Origin: Chiloscyllium plagiosum
Taxonomy: Eukaryota
DNA: 63,739 bases
NCBI RefSeq assembly: GCF_004010195.1
Contig: NC_057731.1
Location: forward strand, 18,075,088-18,138,826
Direction: 5' to 3'
Shown: one piece after another, positions 49,792 to 61,612 of the stretch
Layout of the letters: each line of letters starts with the position of its first letter
Numbering within the stretch: position 1 is the stretch's first letter
Program-made: the position numbers and the translations under genes
Notes under the pieces: generated by a model
Told to the model about the DNA's origin: nothing
The model's input: only the letters and a program-made list of their open reading frames with translations
Databases searched by the model: none

Positions 49792-50322
49792 NNNNNNNNN
49801 NNNNNNNNNNNNNNNNNNNNNNNNNNNNNNNNNNNNNNNNNNNNNNNNNNNNNNNNNNNNNNNNNNNNNNNNNNNNNNNNNNNNNNNNNNNNNNNNNNNN
49901 NNNNNNNNNNNNNNNNNNNNNNNNNNNNNNNNNNNNNNNNNNNNNNNNNNNNNNNNNNNNNNNNNNNNNNNNNNNNNNNNNNNNNNNNNNNNNNNNNNNN
50001 NNNNNNNNNNNNNNNNNNNNNNNNNNNNNNNNNNNNNNNNNNNNNNNNNNNNNNNNNNNNNNNNNNNNNNNNNNNNNNNNNNNNNNNNNNNNNNNNNNNN
50101 NNNNNNNNNNNNNNNNNNNNNNNNNNNNNNNNNNNNNNNNNNNNNNNNNNNNNNNNNNNNNNNNNNNNNNNNNNNNNNNNNNNNNNNNNNNNNNNNNNNN
50201 NNNNNNNNNNNNNNNNNNNNNNNNNNNNNNNNNNNNNNNNNNNNNNNNNNNNNNNNNNNNNNNNNNNNNNNNNNNNNNNNNNNNNNNNNNNNNNNNNNNN
50301 NNNNNNNNNNNNNNNNNNNNNN
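49792..50322. other. Assembly gap (N run)
   Basis: Run of N bases. Confidence 1.
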
Positions 50323-50435
50323 GTCTGACCTATCACCCTCACCTGGACCTCTTTCCACCTATCACATTTCCGACACCCCTCCCCCAAGTCCCTCCTCCCT
50401 ATCTTTTATCTTAGCCTGCTGGACAAACTTTCCTC

Positions 50436-50471
50436 ATTCCTGAAGAAGGGCTTATGCCCGAAACGTCGATT
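50436..50471 (+). ncRNA. Minimal type I hammerhead ribozyme motif in a Penelope pLTR
   Basis: ATTC-CTGAAGA-A-GGGC(TTAT)GCCC-GAAA-CGTC-GATT. Confidence 0.8.
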
Positions 50472-50604
50472 CTCCTGTTCCCTGGATGCTGCCTGACCTG
50501 CTGCGCTTTTCCAGCAACACATTTCCATTCCTGAATTTGTAGGTAAGCGATCCCTGGACTTTTATCTTCTGGCACACATTGCTTCTGTAGCAGTAAATGT
50601 TTAT

Positions 50605-51135
50605 GGGCGGCACAGTGGCTCAGTAGTTAGATTAGATTCCCTACAGTGTGGAAACAGGCCCTTTGGCCCAACCAGTCCACACCGACCCTTCGAAGAGTAG
50701 CCCACCCAGACCCATTACCCTGTGACTAATGCACCTATCGCTATGGGCAATTTAGTATGGCCAATTCACCTGACCTGCACATCTTTGGACTGCAGTAGGA
50801 AACCGGAGCACCTGGAGGAAACCCACGCAGACACGTGCAAACTCCACACAGACAGTCGCCTGAGGTTGGAATCGAATCAGTGATCTGGGTTCAATTCCCA
50901 CTTTGGGCAACTGTCTGTGTGGAGTTTGCATATTCTCCCCATGTCTGCGTGGGTTTGCTCTGGTTTCCTCCCAAAGTCCAAAGATGTGCAGGTCAGGTGA
51001 ATTGGCTATCCTAAATTGCCCATAGTGTTAGGTGCATTAGTCAGAGGGAAATGAATCTGGGTGGGTTGATCTTCGGAGGGTCGGTATGGACTTGTTGGGC
51101 CAAAGGGTCTGTTTCCACACTGTAGGGAATCTAAT
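50605..51135. mobile_element. HE1 SINE (+) with an opposite-orientation HE1 copy (about 50627-50880) inside its head
   Basis: Plus-strand head at 50605-50630, then a minus-strand tail-to-B-box copy, then the plus-strand B-box to tail at 50881-51135. Confidence 0.85.
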
Positions 51136-51569
51136 TCCAATACAAGAATCCAAAAATGGGTTGGATTTCAAAATATCCCTGTTACTTTAAAGAACTTAAG
51201 TCTTCATTAGTGTACATTATCATTTCTGAGATGCTGTTAGAACAAAATAACGTCCGAGTGTTCCACTTGTAATCAGTTAGTAACCAAAGCACCTCATCAT
51301 TATTCTACAAGCATCAGAAATGGAGCGATGCAGTTGGATAGATTGCACACCCAGGTCAGATTGATCAAACCATAAAGTATTATTTTCTTCTCTTCTTTCT
51401 CTCTCTCCCTCTCTTTTTGTATTCTCATGTACATGTAATTTTTCTTCCTCTCAGGCATACTTGAAGTAATTAGGAAATCTTAATCCTGTGGACAGAGATC
51501 TCTAGCAAAAACTGAATATTAATGATTTAACTACTCACATTTTCAAAAGTCAGTCTCAGTTGCCTGCCT

Positions 51570-51900
51570 ATTTGCCAATTTTCTATCCATAATGCCACTG
51601 TCCCTTTAATCACATCCACCTCAAATTGCCTCATTCTATTATGTGACATAATCAAACACCTTTTGATAGTCCAAAACCATTATATTAACTATGCTGCCCT
51701 CATCCATTGGCTGTGTTACTTCCTAAGATGACTCAATTATGTTAGCCAGATATGACTTGTTTTCACAAATGTATGGCAATTATTAATCACTGGTCCAGAT
51801 TCTATGATGGCAATTAATTTTTGTTGTGATTTATGGTCTGTAGAAGTTTTCCCACAACCAACATTAGGTTAGCAGGCTGACAGTTACCAGCAACATTTCT
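51570..51900 (-). mobile_element. Old CR1 RT fragment
   Basis: VAGNCQPANLMLVVGKLLQTI (from the ORF track) corresponds to CR1 GNYRPVSLTSVVGKLLE. Confidence 0.65.
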
Positions 51901-53654
51901 CTCTCTTATTTTGACAGCGGATATACCACCAGTCACAGTCCCTCCTAACCCCTCCCTCTCACCAGCATACCCTAGCCCTCCCCAACCTGATTCCTCTGAC
52001 ATTACTGCCATATCCAAGAAGGATTCAATGATTGCAGCAACAGTCACCCTGGGCTCAGTAATTTAGTCAAAGCTTGACGTTGAGTGAACTTCTTTAAGAT
52101 AAATGCAAACACCAATGTAATTAAATCCATCTCAAAATAACTTTATTGACTTCTGTACCCAATTCCCATTTGCTTAGCTCAGTAGGTATCTGCACCATGT
52201 GGTGCTATGTCGAACAATAAAATGTAAAAAAAATCTTCAAGTTTAGTTTTGATCTGAGCTTTTTACAGTTGGAGAATGGTACATTACCCTGAAATGATGT
52301 GGCAAACGATTCTATGATGACAACTGGTGGCTGGTAGTTTTGTTACTCCAAACTTGGGCGACAGAAAGAACAACAGCAGTGATGCCTGCTGGTGTTACTA
52401 TTTGATGATTTCTGTGGGAAGTTCCCATATGTTTTCCCCAGGTACAACATTAGCTTGGTTTGTGATGGCTGCGAAAATTAATGGATTTATCAACTATTTG
52501 ATAGAAAGGCCACATTTAATTCCTTTCAATTTTAAAACTGAATTGCTGAACTCTCCCGAGAAAATGCTCTATAACTTCTCCTTTGCTCAGCCAAGTAAAT
52601 GATGAAAGAGTCAGGCTCATTGAACCTATCTCACATCTTGCTATCTGTCTCATTGAGCAACAGATCATTATTTTGTGGAAAATGCTTGTAGAGAGGCTCT
52701 AGTTGCATTGCACTAGATAACAGTTTAATGCTGTAATCTGAACAATATTGCTGATTTTTTTTAAAATTGCTGACACAATAAAGATAAACAAATACTCTGT
52801 TCTGTGGTTGAGATATTATGCATCATTTGAAAGACTCAGAGGGAATTTAGCTCTGTAACGAGAATATACAAATAAGCTTCCTTTCATGTACAAAGATGAC
52901 AAAGTACTTTTTAAATTACAAAGCGGTTGACAACAAAACAGACTCTACGGAAATTCCTGGAGAAAGGCGACTTGGGAACTGAAATGGGACGACCTGCTTC
53001 TATAAAGAGTAAACAGAATTTATGTTGAAATCTTGTTTACAATTGTAGGAATTATAAATTGAGCATGATTTTTCACTTTTAAACCCTGAAAATGTATATC
53101 ATGGATTTTTTTTTTCTCTCAGATCCTCTCCACCTTCATCTGTTCATTTTAGGAGATGGAAGTTCAGGTGCTGTTGACATTAGATTTGCTTGCATTCAAT
53201 CCTCGCCAACATAATTTCACAACAGGAGGCTAAGGTAAGAAATTGAATGTATAATGAGAAAACATGGTTAACACTTTCAGATACATTCAGCTAGTTGCTT
53301 TAAACTGCCGCAAGGGGATATTAACAGCTGGATTTTTGGTAGTGAAGATGACAAAACTGTCAGGGTTCACCACCATTCCAACACAAAAACTGACAGCATC
53401 TGCTGGTACCTGCACAAACAGAGTTAAATACTGCAATCCAGAAGTGGCTGTCATTGGGTCTACTCTTCTTCATTGTCATCCCACAGATTGAAACCAATTT
53501 TAATATAATCTTGATCTTTTGTGCTCTTAATTTAATTTTGCTGTAAATTAACATTTTGAAAAAGGTGCACCTTGTTGAATGCAGTACAAGTAGGGTTTTT
53601 TTTGACAGGGAACTAAATCATATTTACTGCTCAATAAATAAATGCCGCTAAAAT

Positions 53655-54050
53655 GTCACTCAGTTAGCAGCACTCTAGTCTTTGAATCATAAGCTTCTTG
53701 GTTCAAGACATGTTCCAGGGGTTTAACATGAACATGGTCCAATTCAGTAGCTAACTCTACATTCGAGATCAGGTGTTAAACCAAAACCCCATCTGCCCTC
53801 TCAGGTGGATGGAACAGGGGGTCCCGACTTTGAAAAAACCAGGAGAATTATTCTTGGTGTTTTGGCGGATAGTTATCCTTCAGTCAGTGTTACAAAAGCC
53901 AGATGATCTGGTCATTATTACATTGCTGTTTACGAAAGCTTGCTGTATGAAAATTTGCTATGTTGCAAAATTACTAAACTTTAAAAATATTTAATTGGCT
54001 GCAAAGTGTTTTGAGACATCTTGATGGTGCTGAGGGATTTCCTTTCTCTT
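53655..54050 (+). mobile_element. DeuSINE (SacSINE1/AmnSINE1-like), old
   Basis: tRNA-like head (CTCAGTTAGCAGCACTCT...GGTTCAAG) and Deu-domain-like GTTAAACCAAAACCCCATCTGCCCTCTCAGGTGGATG. Confidence 0.6.
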
Positions 54051-55659
54051 TGAACAGCCTAACTGGCCCTAAAAAAAAACCTAACTTTATATCTGTGAAA
54101 TGTTAAATTTCTCCATCATCGTCAAAATGCTGCATAAATGCTTAAAAAAATGTTTTTTTAAAATAAAGTTTCAACTTCTTGTGTTAATCCCATGTGAATG
54201 CCCCAATCTTTATTTGGCTTTCTTTAAAACTTTTATTAAAAATAGAAAAGATGAGGAATAGAGATCTTTTCTACTTATTTATCCAACTCTAAATCCTCAT
54301 GTTCTTGAAGAAACTTTGGTTCAATTGTTAGAGAACCCTAAAGTAAGAGCCATAAATATATAATGTAAAGCAACAGAAATTTATTTTGTCAGATTGGTTA
54401 GAATGTAAGAGAGTTATAGTCTTAGTCAAGGCCAGTATCATAACTTTAGCAAAAGATGAAATCCCAATTATAAACTTAAGGAGGGAAACCACAAGATTTC
54501 ATAACCAAAAATATTTTTTTGTATTATACAAGAGCCAATCAAAGCAACCAGTAAATATATTTTTAAATAACTTGCTTTAATTTAAAACCTTGAATCAATG
54601 CAAGTTAAACATAAATTAACAGAAAATTGCAGTCAATTATCAAATATAAATTACACATTAAATGGCAGGCAGATGCAATAAACAGATCTTGCAAATTACT
54701 TCAATAGCTCACTCAGCAAACCTAGTTACAAAGTCCTTGGAAACTTTGTCTCCCTCACAAAAAATTTTTAGCAATTCTTCTAGGATTTAACTTGACCTGT
54801 CGGCCAATCATGAAAATTAGTTCCGTGGGCATGCTTTACACCAAAAATAGCACACACCTTCAGAACTTCCTCAGTGCTATTTTTGATAAGATTGATGGAT
54901 CTATAGTATCCAGGCTATCTTTATGTAACACATTGGCAGCAATAACCACAATCCCTGAATATTCTCAGCTTCTGGATCGAGCATGTGTATTCTTTAGCCC
55001 AGATATACTATTGGACTCATCACACAATTTCAACCACAAGTTTTGGTTTTCAATCTCAGTTTTAGTCTTAACTTCCTTAGCACCTAGGATGATCAGTCTC
55101 CATCTTCAGTTTCTCTTTCCAGCAAGGATCTATCCCAGAAAGTATAAATTTTGACCACAGATTCTGTCACGTCAGGAACGGGTTGATACAAATAGCTGAG
55201 ACACTTTCCAGAGGAAACTATGCTAGTACATGTGAACAAAGAAAGTAGAAAGTTACATTGAAAGGTTGAGATAGATTGGATTGTATAAACTGAAGCACAG
55301 ACGAAATGAGCCAAATAGCCTGTTGTTCTGCTGTACTTTCTATCTAATTCTATGCAAGTAGCATCAATGATGCCAATGCTAATGATTTGGAAACAGAACT
55401 CACCAATAGTCAAGTTTGTGAATTACACCAAGGTCGTTATGGAAGTTTTAAGTCAGTGTGAGAAATTATCTTTTGGAAAGGTAAACACATTTTGGTTCCT
55501 TTTTGTTGCAGACTTTTGCTGCCTTCCCAATTTTGGTAAGATGTGTTTTTTGATTCTTAGTGCCAATTTCATTCAGAACGTTTTTCTGTGTCAGTGCTAC
55601 GTTTGCACACAATTTAAAACTATATTTTTTTTTACACCATGTAGGTGTCACTGACCAGA

Positions 55660-57030
55660 CTAGTACTTGCTACCCATGCCTTATTGCCTTTGTTGGTAAA
55701 TTGCCTTCTCGGCCCGCTGTTGTCTTTGTGGTATAGGGAAACCCTCAGTATAATTCGAAAGGAACTTCCAAGATTCAATCCAGTAATATTGAAGAAACAA
55801 GGGTACAGTCCGAGGTGAGTGTGGTCTGCAGCTTGAAGAAGAACTGGATGTTCCCATGCATCTGCTGCCCATATCCTTTGAGGTGCTAGTGGTCACAGGT
55901 TTAGAAGGTGCTTTCTAAGGAAGCTTGACAAGTTGCTGTAGTGCACCTTGTAGATGATACTCACTGTTATGGAAGGGATGAAAGATGGAGCACCAATCAA
56001 GTGGGCTACTTTATCCTGGATGTTTTCAAGCTAATTGAATGTTGTTTGAGATTCCTATGTTTAGGCAACTGGAGAATATTCCATTTCTGAAATGTGCTTG
56101 ATGGATAGTGGCCTTGAGGAGGTAGGAGAGGAGTTACACACTGCAGATTCCCATCCTCCAATCTGCTCTTATAGCCATAATATTTATATGGCTGGTCTAG
56201 TTTGATACCTGTTCTAAGGTAATCTCTTGGGTATCAATAGTGGAGGATACAGGGATGGTACTGACATTACATGGTTAAGGGGTGATGGTTATTTTCTCTG
56301 GGGGAGATGTTCATTGACTGGCACTTGTGCTACGTGACTGTTACTTGCTACTTGTCAGCCTGAGCTTGAATGTCATTCTGCACATGGCAGCTTCAGTATC
56401 TGAAGAGTAATGAATGGCTTTGAACATTGTGTAATCATCAAGAAACATCCACAGTTCTGACCTCATGATGGAGGAAAGCCTATTGAAGAAGTAACTAAAA
56501 ATAGTTAGGTTCAGGACATTAGCATGAAGAATTCCTGCATTAATATTATGGGTGGCTCAGTGGTGAGCACTGCTGCCTCACAGCATTGGCGACCCATGTT
56601 TGAGTCCAAACCAGGGGCGACTGTTTGTGTGGAGTTTGCACATTTTCCCTGTGTCTGCGTGGGTTTCCTCCGGGTGCTCCAGTTTCCTCCCACAATCCAA
56701 AGATGTACAGGTTGGGTGGATTGCCCATGCAAAATTGTCCTGTAGTGTCCAGGGTTGTACAGTCTAGGTGGACTAGCTATGTAAATGTGAGGTCACAGTG
56801 ATAGGGTAGGGGTTTGGGTAGGATGCTCTTTGAAGAGTCGGTGCAGATTTGATGGCCACTTTCAGCACTGTAAAGATTCTATGATTCTATGGCTGAGATG
56901 ACTGCCCTCTATCTTCTTTTAAGATAACCCTCTCCAACCTGTGGAGAGGGTTCCCCAATTCCTGCTTTGCCACACTTTGTTAAATGTTGCCTAGATATCA
57001 AGGGCAATGATTCTCACTTCATCTCAATTT
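55660..57030 (-). mobile_element. CR1-group LINE 3' fragment with an HE1 SINE (+, 56550-56890) inserted
   Basis: Collinear with 59000-60200. Complete HE1 head, V-domain and (ATTCTATG) tail at 56550-56890. Confidence 0.8.
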
Positions 57031-58039
57031 CATTTGGATTTCTAACATCACATAGTGATGTTTAAACAAATACTCATCATGCAACCTTGAGCTGCATTAT
57101 AGCACTATCTGTGTTGCCATATTGGAGTGAATTACATTTACACTTTAAAATGTCTGAAATTTATAATTTTGCTCTTCACCGCTAACAATTACAAGAGTGC
57201 AAAATTACTGGTGGCTCAAACATGAACATGCTTTACTCTGTAATTGATGGCTGTATGAGATTATTATGTATTCAGTTGTAATGATTCTACAGTCTTTATC
57301 CACCTGTCAAGCTAAATTTATTGCCTGCCTCAATCCTCAGCTCACAGTGATTTTTGACTAATTGTTGAAGCTTAGTCTGAGGCTTTGTCCCAAAACAAAA
57401 TGTCCTCATTTCCAGAGGTATATAGAATAAACAAAGATAAATCGCAATAAAATATTCAACCAGTTATATTATCAGTACATAATTTTAGAATTTTAGCAAA
57501 CTTTTGGGTCCTGAGGTACAAAATGAGTCTGCAACTTTGATAATGATTACTTAAGAATATTAGAAGAATAGAAGGATTCCATTATAGTAATATCAACAAT
57601 GGTATAAAATGTAAAACAATTTAAATTGTCAATTCATCCAGAAATAAATGCAGAAACGAATGTTAGTTATACAAATTCATCGAGAAAGAAATGGAAGGTC
57701 TTCCTCGAAGTGAGTCCACTGACAAATCTTTTTAGAATTTTAGAACACATGAACAAATAATACACAAAAATAATACTGTAGGGTGTTTCTGATCATTCAG
57801 CCTTCCTGGTCACAACCAAACTCACAGTTGAAGGTGTGAACTCACCTTAATAAAAACATTGAAGAATGATGAATAATGCAGTCTACACTGATTTCACATT
57901 TTTGAACAAGGAGATTATGTTTAATTTATTTAGTGAATCCAAATATCACACAATCAATGCTAAGTGTTCTTATGATTAATTATAAAACAGTTTTAAAATC
58001 TCGGCAATTACCACGGGAGATGTGGGTCAATTCTCCATA

Positions 58040-58148
58040 TAGCGCTCCGAAAGCTAGTGCTTCCACATAAACCTGTTGGACCATAACCTGGTGTTGCGTG
58101 ATTTTTAGCTTTGTCCATCCCAGTCCAACACTGGCTCCTCCACATCAT
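58040..58148 (+). mobile_element. Short repeat, probably the end of a second Penelope-like family, with half a hammerhead motif
   Basis: GCGCTCCGAAAGCTA (stem II 3' arm, GAAA, palindromic AGCT), then AAACCTGTTGGACCATAACCTGGTG...CAGTCCAACAC. Confidence 0.5.
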
Positions 58149-60400
58149 GCCTCCTTGGTTATAGCAAACAGGTGGATGGCATTGCTTGCCTAATCTGTTT
58201 GGAGCCAGAGGTTAGATGATCAATGTCTCTGTTTGGTGAGGTTGGTTTTAGTTTAGTACATGCAAAACGTTGTCCTTTCTAGTCTTGGTACCAACATTTT
58301 GACTGTCAATCTATAAATCACAATTTTTGTCTTGTTTAAGCTGGAGAAGATCTTTATATACTTTCTACTTTTATAGCAGTGGCCAGGTCTGCCTCAACTC
58401 TTAAATGAAGGCCAAATTTAAAGAATCTCTCTTGCTTTAGATAAACACTTCAACATTGACTTTTAGATTCTTTCAAAACAAGGATCACATTAGTGTCTGG
58501 GTCATTGTGTCTTTTGTAACTTTTCTCAAAGCTCTTGGCATACAGCAAGTAATTTCAAGGCGTCATATATATTTCTCTACCTTGTAGAAAATTGTTTACC
58601 TCTTTGCTTCAGGCAAATTCCACATTAAATGAGTTAAGTGCTTAACATTTCAAATTCTGCTTTCATTGGATTAAATCCTTAACACAGCTATCTCCTGTTT
58701 TGTTTTATTGTACTATGTATAACCTCCTTACTAATAATTCCTCCATATTGAGAGAGAGGTTTGCTCAAGATCCAGGCATTTTCCTTTCAATCAATTTATG
58801 CAGTCAAACACAACCTCTCAAGAATGAACTGTTCTGCCAAACACACTTTTTCTCCTGTAGGCTGCATGCTACTATGGAGATTGTTTTTCCCAAGGTGCTG
58901 TGCCAGTGCTGCAGAGAGATCAAATGTAATGATAGTCAATAGAACATTTTTTTGAACAGTTGGGTCTCTAATTTTTTTTTAGTTTGTCTTCATATTTGTG
59001 GGATGTGAGCATTGCTGGCCGGCCAACATTTATTGCCTGTCCCTAGTTGCCCTTTGGAAGGTGGTGGTGAGCTGCCTTCTTAAACTGCTGCAGTCCTCCT
59101 GCTGTGGGTTGACCCACAATGCCAGTGGGGAGGGAATTCCAGGATTTTGACCCAGTGACAGTAAAGGAACTGCAATATATTTCCAAGTCAGGATGGTGAA
59201 TGGCTTGGAAGGGAATTTGAAGGTGGAGGTGTTCCCACGTATTTGTTGCCCTTGTCGTTCTAGATAGAAGTGATTGTGGGTTGAAAGGTGCTGTCTGAGG
59301 ATCTTTGGTGAATTTCTGCAGTGCACCTTGTAGACAGTACACACTGCTGATCCTGAATGATGTCGGAGGAGGGAGTGGTTGCTACGGATGCAGTGCTAAT
59401 CAAAGGAGCTGCTTTGTCCTGGATGATCTCATGCTTCCTGAGTGTTGTTGGCGCTGCACTCTTCCAGGAAAGTGGAGAGTATTCCATCACATTCCTGACT
59501 TGTGCCTTGTAGATGGTAGACTGGGCTTTGGGGGTGGGTGAGGTCAGGAGGTGAATTATTTACCACAGTATTCCTAGCCTACCTGCTAGGTAGTACCTGC
59601 TGTAGTAGCCACTCTGTTTATGTGATGCATCCAGTTGAGTTTCTGGTCAATGCCAACCCCCCAGGATGTTGATAGTGGGGGATTCAGTGATGGTAATACC
59701 ATTTAATGTCAAAGGCGGGGGTGGAGTTGGTGGTGGGTAGATTGTCTCTTATTGGAGATGGTCATTGCCTGGCATTTGTGTGGCACAAATGTTACTTGCC
59801 ACTTGTCAGCTCAAGACTGATATTGTCCAGACCTTGCTGCATTTGAACATGGACTGATTTAGTATCTGTAGAGGCCTGAATGATGCTGAACATTATGCAA
59901 CCATTGGTGAGTGTTCCCACTTCTGACCTTATGATGGAGGGATGGTCATAGATGAAGCAGTTGAAGATGGTTGGGCTAAGGACACTATCCTGAGGAACCC
60001 CCACAGAGATGTCCTGGAACTGAGCTGACTTACCTACAACAACCATGATCATCTTCCTGTGTATCCCATATGACTCCAACCAGCAGAGTGTTTGCCCCCT
60101 AATACCCATTGATTCCAGTTTTGCTAGGGCTTCTTGATGCCACACTGGTCAAATGCAGATTTGATATCAAGGGCTGTGACTCTTACCTCCCCTCTGGAAT
60201 TCAGCTCTTTTGTCCATGTTTGAACCAAGGCTGTAATGTGGTCAGCAGCTGAGTGGTCCTGGCAGGACCCAAACTGGGCGTCACTGAGCAAGTTATTGCT
60301 GAGAAGGTGCCATTTAGTCGTACTGTTGATGACACCTTCCATCACTTTACTGATGATTGAGATTAGACTGATGGGATGATAATTGCCCAGGTCGGATTTG

Positions 60401-60865
60401 GAGAAGCACATCAGATCAGGCAGCATCCAAGGAGCAGGAGAGTCAACATTTCGGGCATAAGCCCTACATCAGGAATGGGGGGTGGTGAAGGGGAGGGTAG
60501 AGTGGATAAGTGGATAGGAAGATGGATAGGTCAGAAAGTTTAAGAGGGTGGTGCTGAGTTGGCGGGTTAAATCTGGGAGGAGGAGGGGAGACTGGAGATG
60601 AGGAAGTTGATAAAATCAATGTTGATGCTGTGTGGTTGGAGGGTCCCAAGGCGGAAGATGAAGCATTCTTCCTCCAGCTGTCAGTGGCTTGGATTTGGCG
60701 GTGGAAGAGGTCCAGGACTTGCATGTCTTTGATGGAGTGTGAGGGGGATTTGAAGTGGTTGGCCACAGAGTGGTGGGGTCATTTGGTGGGCTACCTGACT
60801 GACTGTGCTTTTCTAGCACCACACGTTTTGACTCTGACCTCCAGCATCTGCAGTCCTCACTTTCT
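60401..60865 (-). mobile_element. Penelope-like fragment (GIY-YIG end and pLTR) with an inverted pLTR end
   Basis: 14-bp TSD CCAGGTCGGATTTG / CCAGGTTGGATTTG (60387-60400 and 60866-60879). ANHFKSPSHSIKDMQVLDL. Degenerate hammerhead at about 60440-60476. Confidence 0.88.
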
Positions 60866-61516
60866 CCAGGTTGGATTTGTCCTGCTTTTTATATGCAGGA
60901 TGTACCTGGGCAATTCTCCACATTGTTGGGTAGATACTAGTGTTGTAACTGTACTGGAACAGCTTGACTTGGAGAAAGGCAAGTTCTGGAGCACAAGTGT
61001 TCAGTACTATTGCCAGAATGTTGTCAGGGCCCATAGCCTTTACAACATCCAGTGTCTCCAACCATTCCTTAATATAACATGGAGTGAATTAAATTGGCTG
61101 AACACTGGTATCTATGATGTTGGGGACCACTGGAGGAGGCTGAGGAGGATCATCCACTTGGCACTTCTGGCTGTAGGCTGCTGCGAATGCTTCAATCTTA
61201 TCTTTTGCACTGATAGGCTGGGTGCTTCCATTGTTGAGGATTAGGGATATTTGTGAAGCCCTCTTCCACAGTGAGTTGTTTGATTGTCCACCACCATTCT
61301 CAGTTGGATGTGGCAGGACTGCAGAGCTCAGATCTAATCTGTCGGTTATGGGACCGCTTAGATCTGTCTATCACTTCCTGCTTGTGCTGTTTAGTATGCA
61401 AGTAGTTCTGTTTGGTGGCTTCACCAGGTTGACACCTCATTTTCACGTATGCCTGCTGCTGCTCCTGACATGCCCTCCTGCACTCTCCATTGAACCATGG
61501 TTGATCCCCGGCTTAA

Positions 61517-61612
61517 ATATGTGTTGCTGGAAAAGCGCAGCAGGTCAGGCAGCATCAAAGGAGCAGGAGAATCGATGTTTCGAGCATAAGCCCTTCTTCA
61601 GCCCTTCTTCTA
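61517..61612 (-). mobile_element. 96-bp Penelope pLTR fragment with a hammerhead motif
   Basis: TSD GTTGATCCCC(T)GGCTTAA (61500-61516 and 61613-61630). CTGAAGAAGGGCTTATGCTCGAAACATC at 61570-61601 (-). Confidence 0.85.

Larger units (their letters stand above)
49305..50530 (+). mobile_element. Young Penelope-like element (RT C-terminus, gap, 3' pLTR) with an inverted 5' segment at 49305-49465
   Basis: FTNTFHPDLKFTWTVSDSSLPFLDLSISISGDRINTDIYYKPTDSHSYLDYTSSHP...MASFFKDRNFP (49467-49791). The pLTR at 50323-50525 is nearly identical to 6575-6779. Confidence 0.92.

Noticed and set aside
49315-50414. Long ORFs of 205-337 aa in the track
   Set aside because: Artefacts of reading through the N gap in a Penelope element.
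54386-55230. Minus-strand pseudo-exon-like frames and the 120-aa plus-strand ORF at 54792-55154
   Set aside because: Multiple stops and no recognisable domain. Could be a decayed solo LTR, but no TSD was found, so not called.
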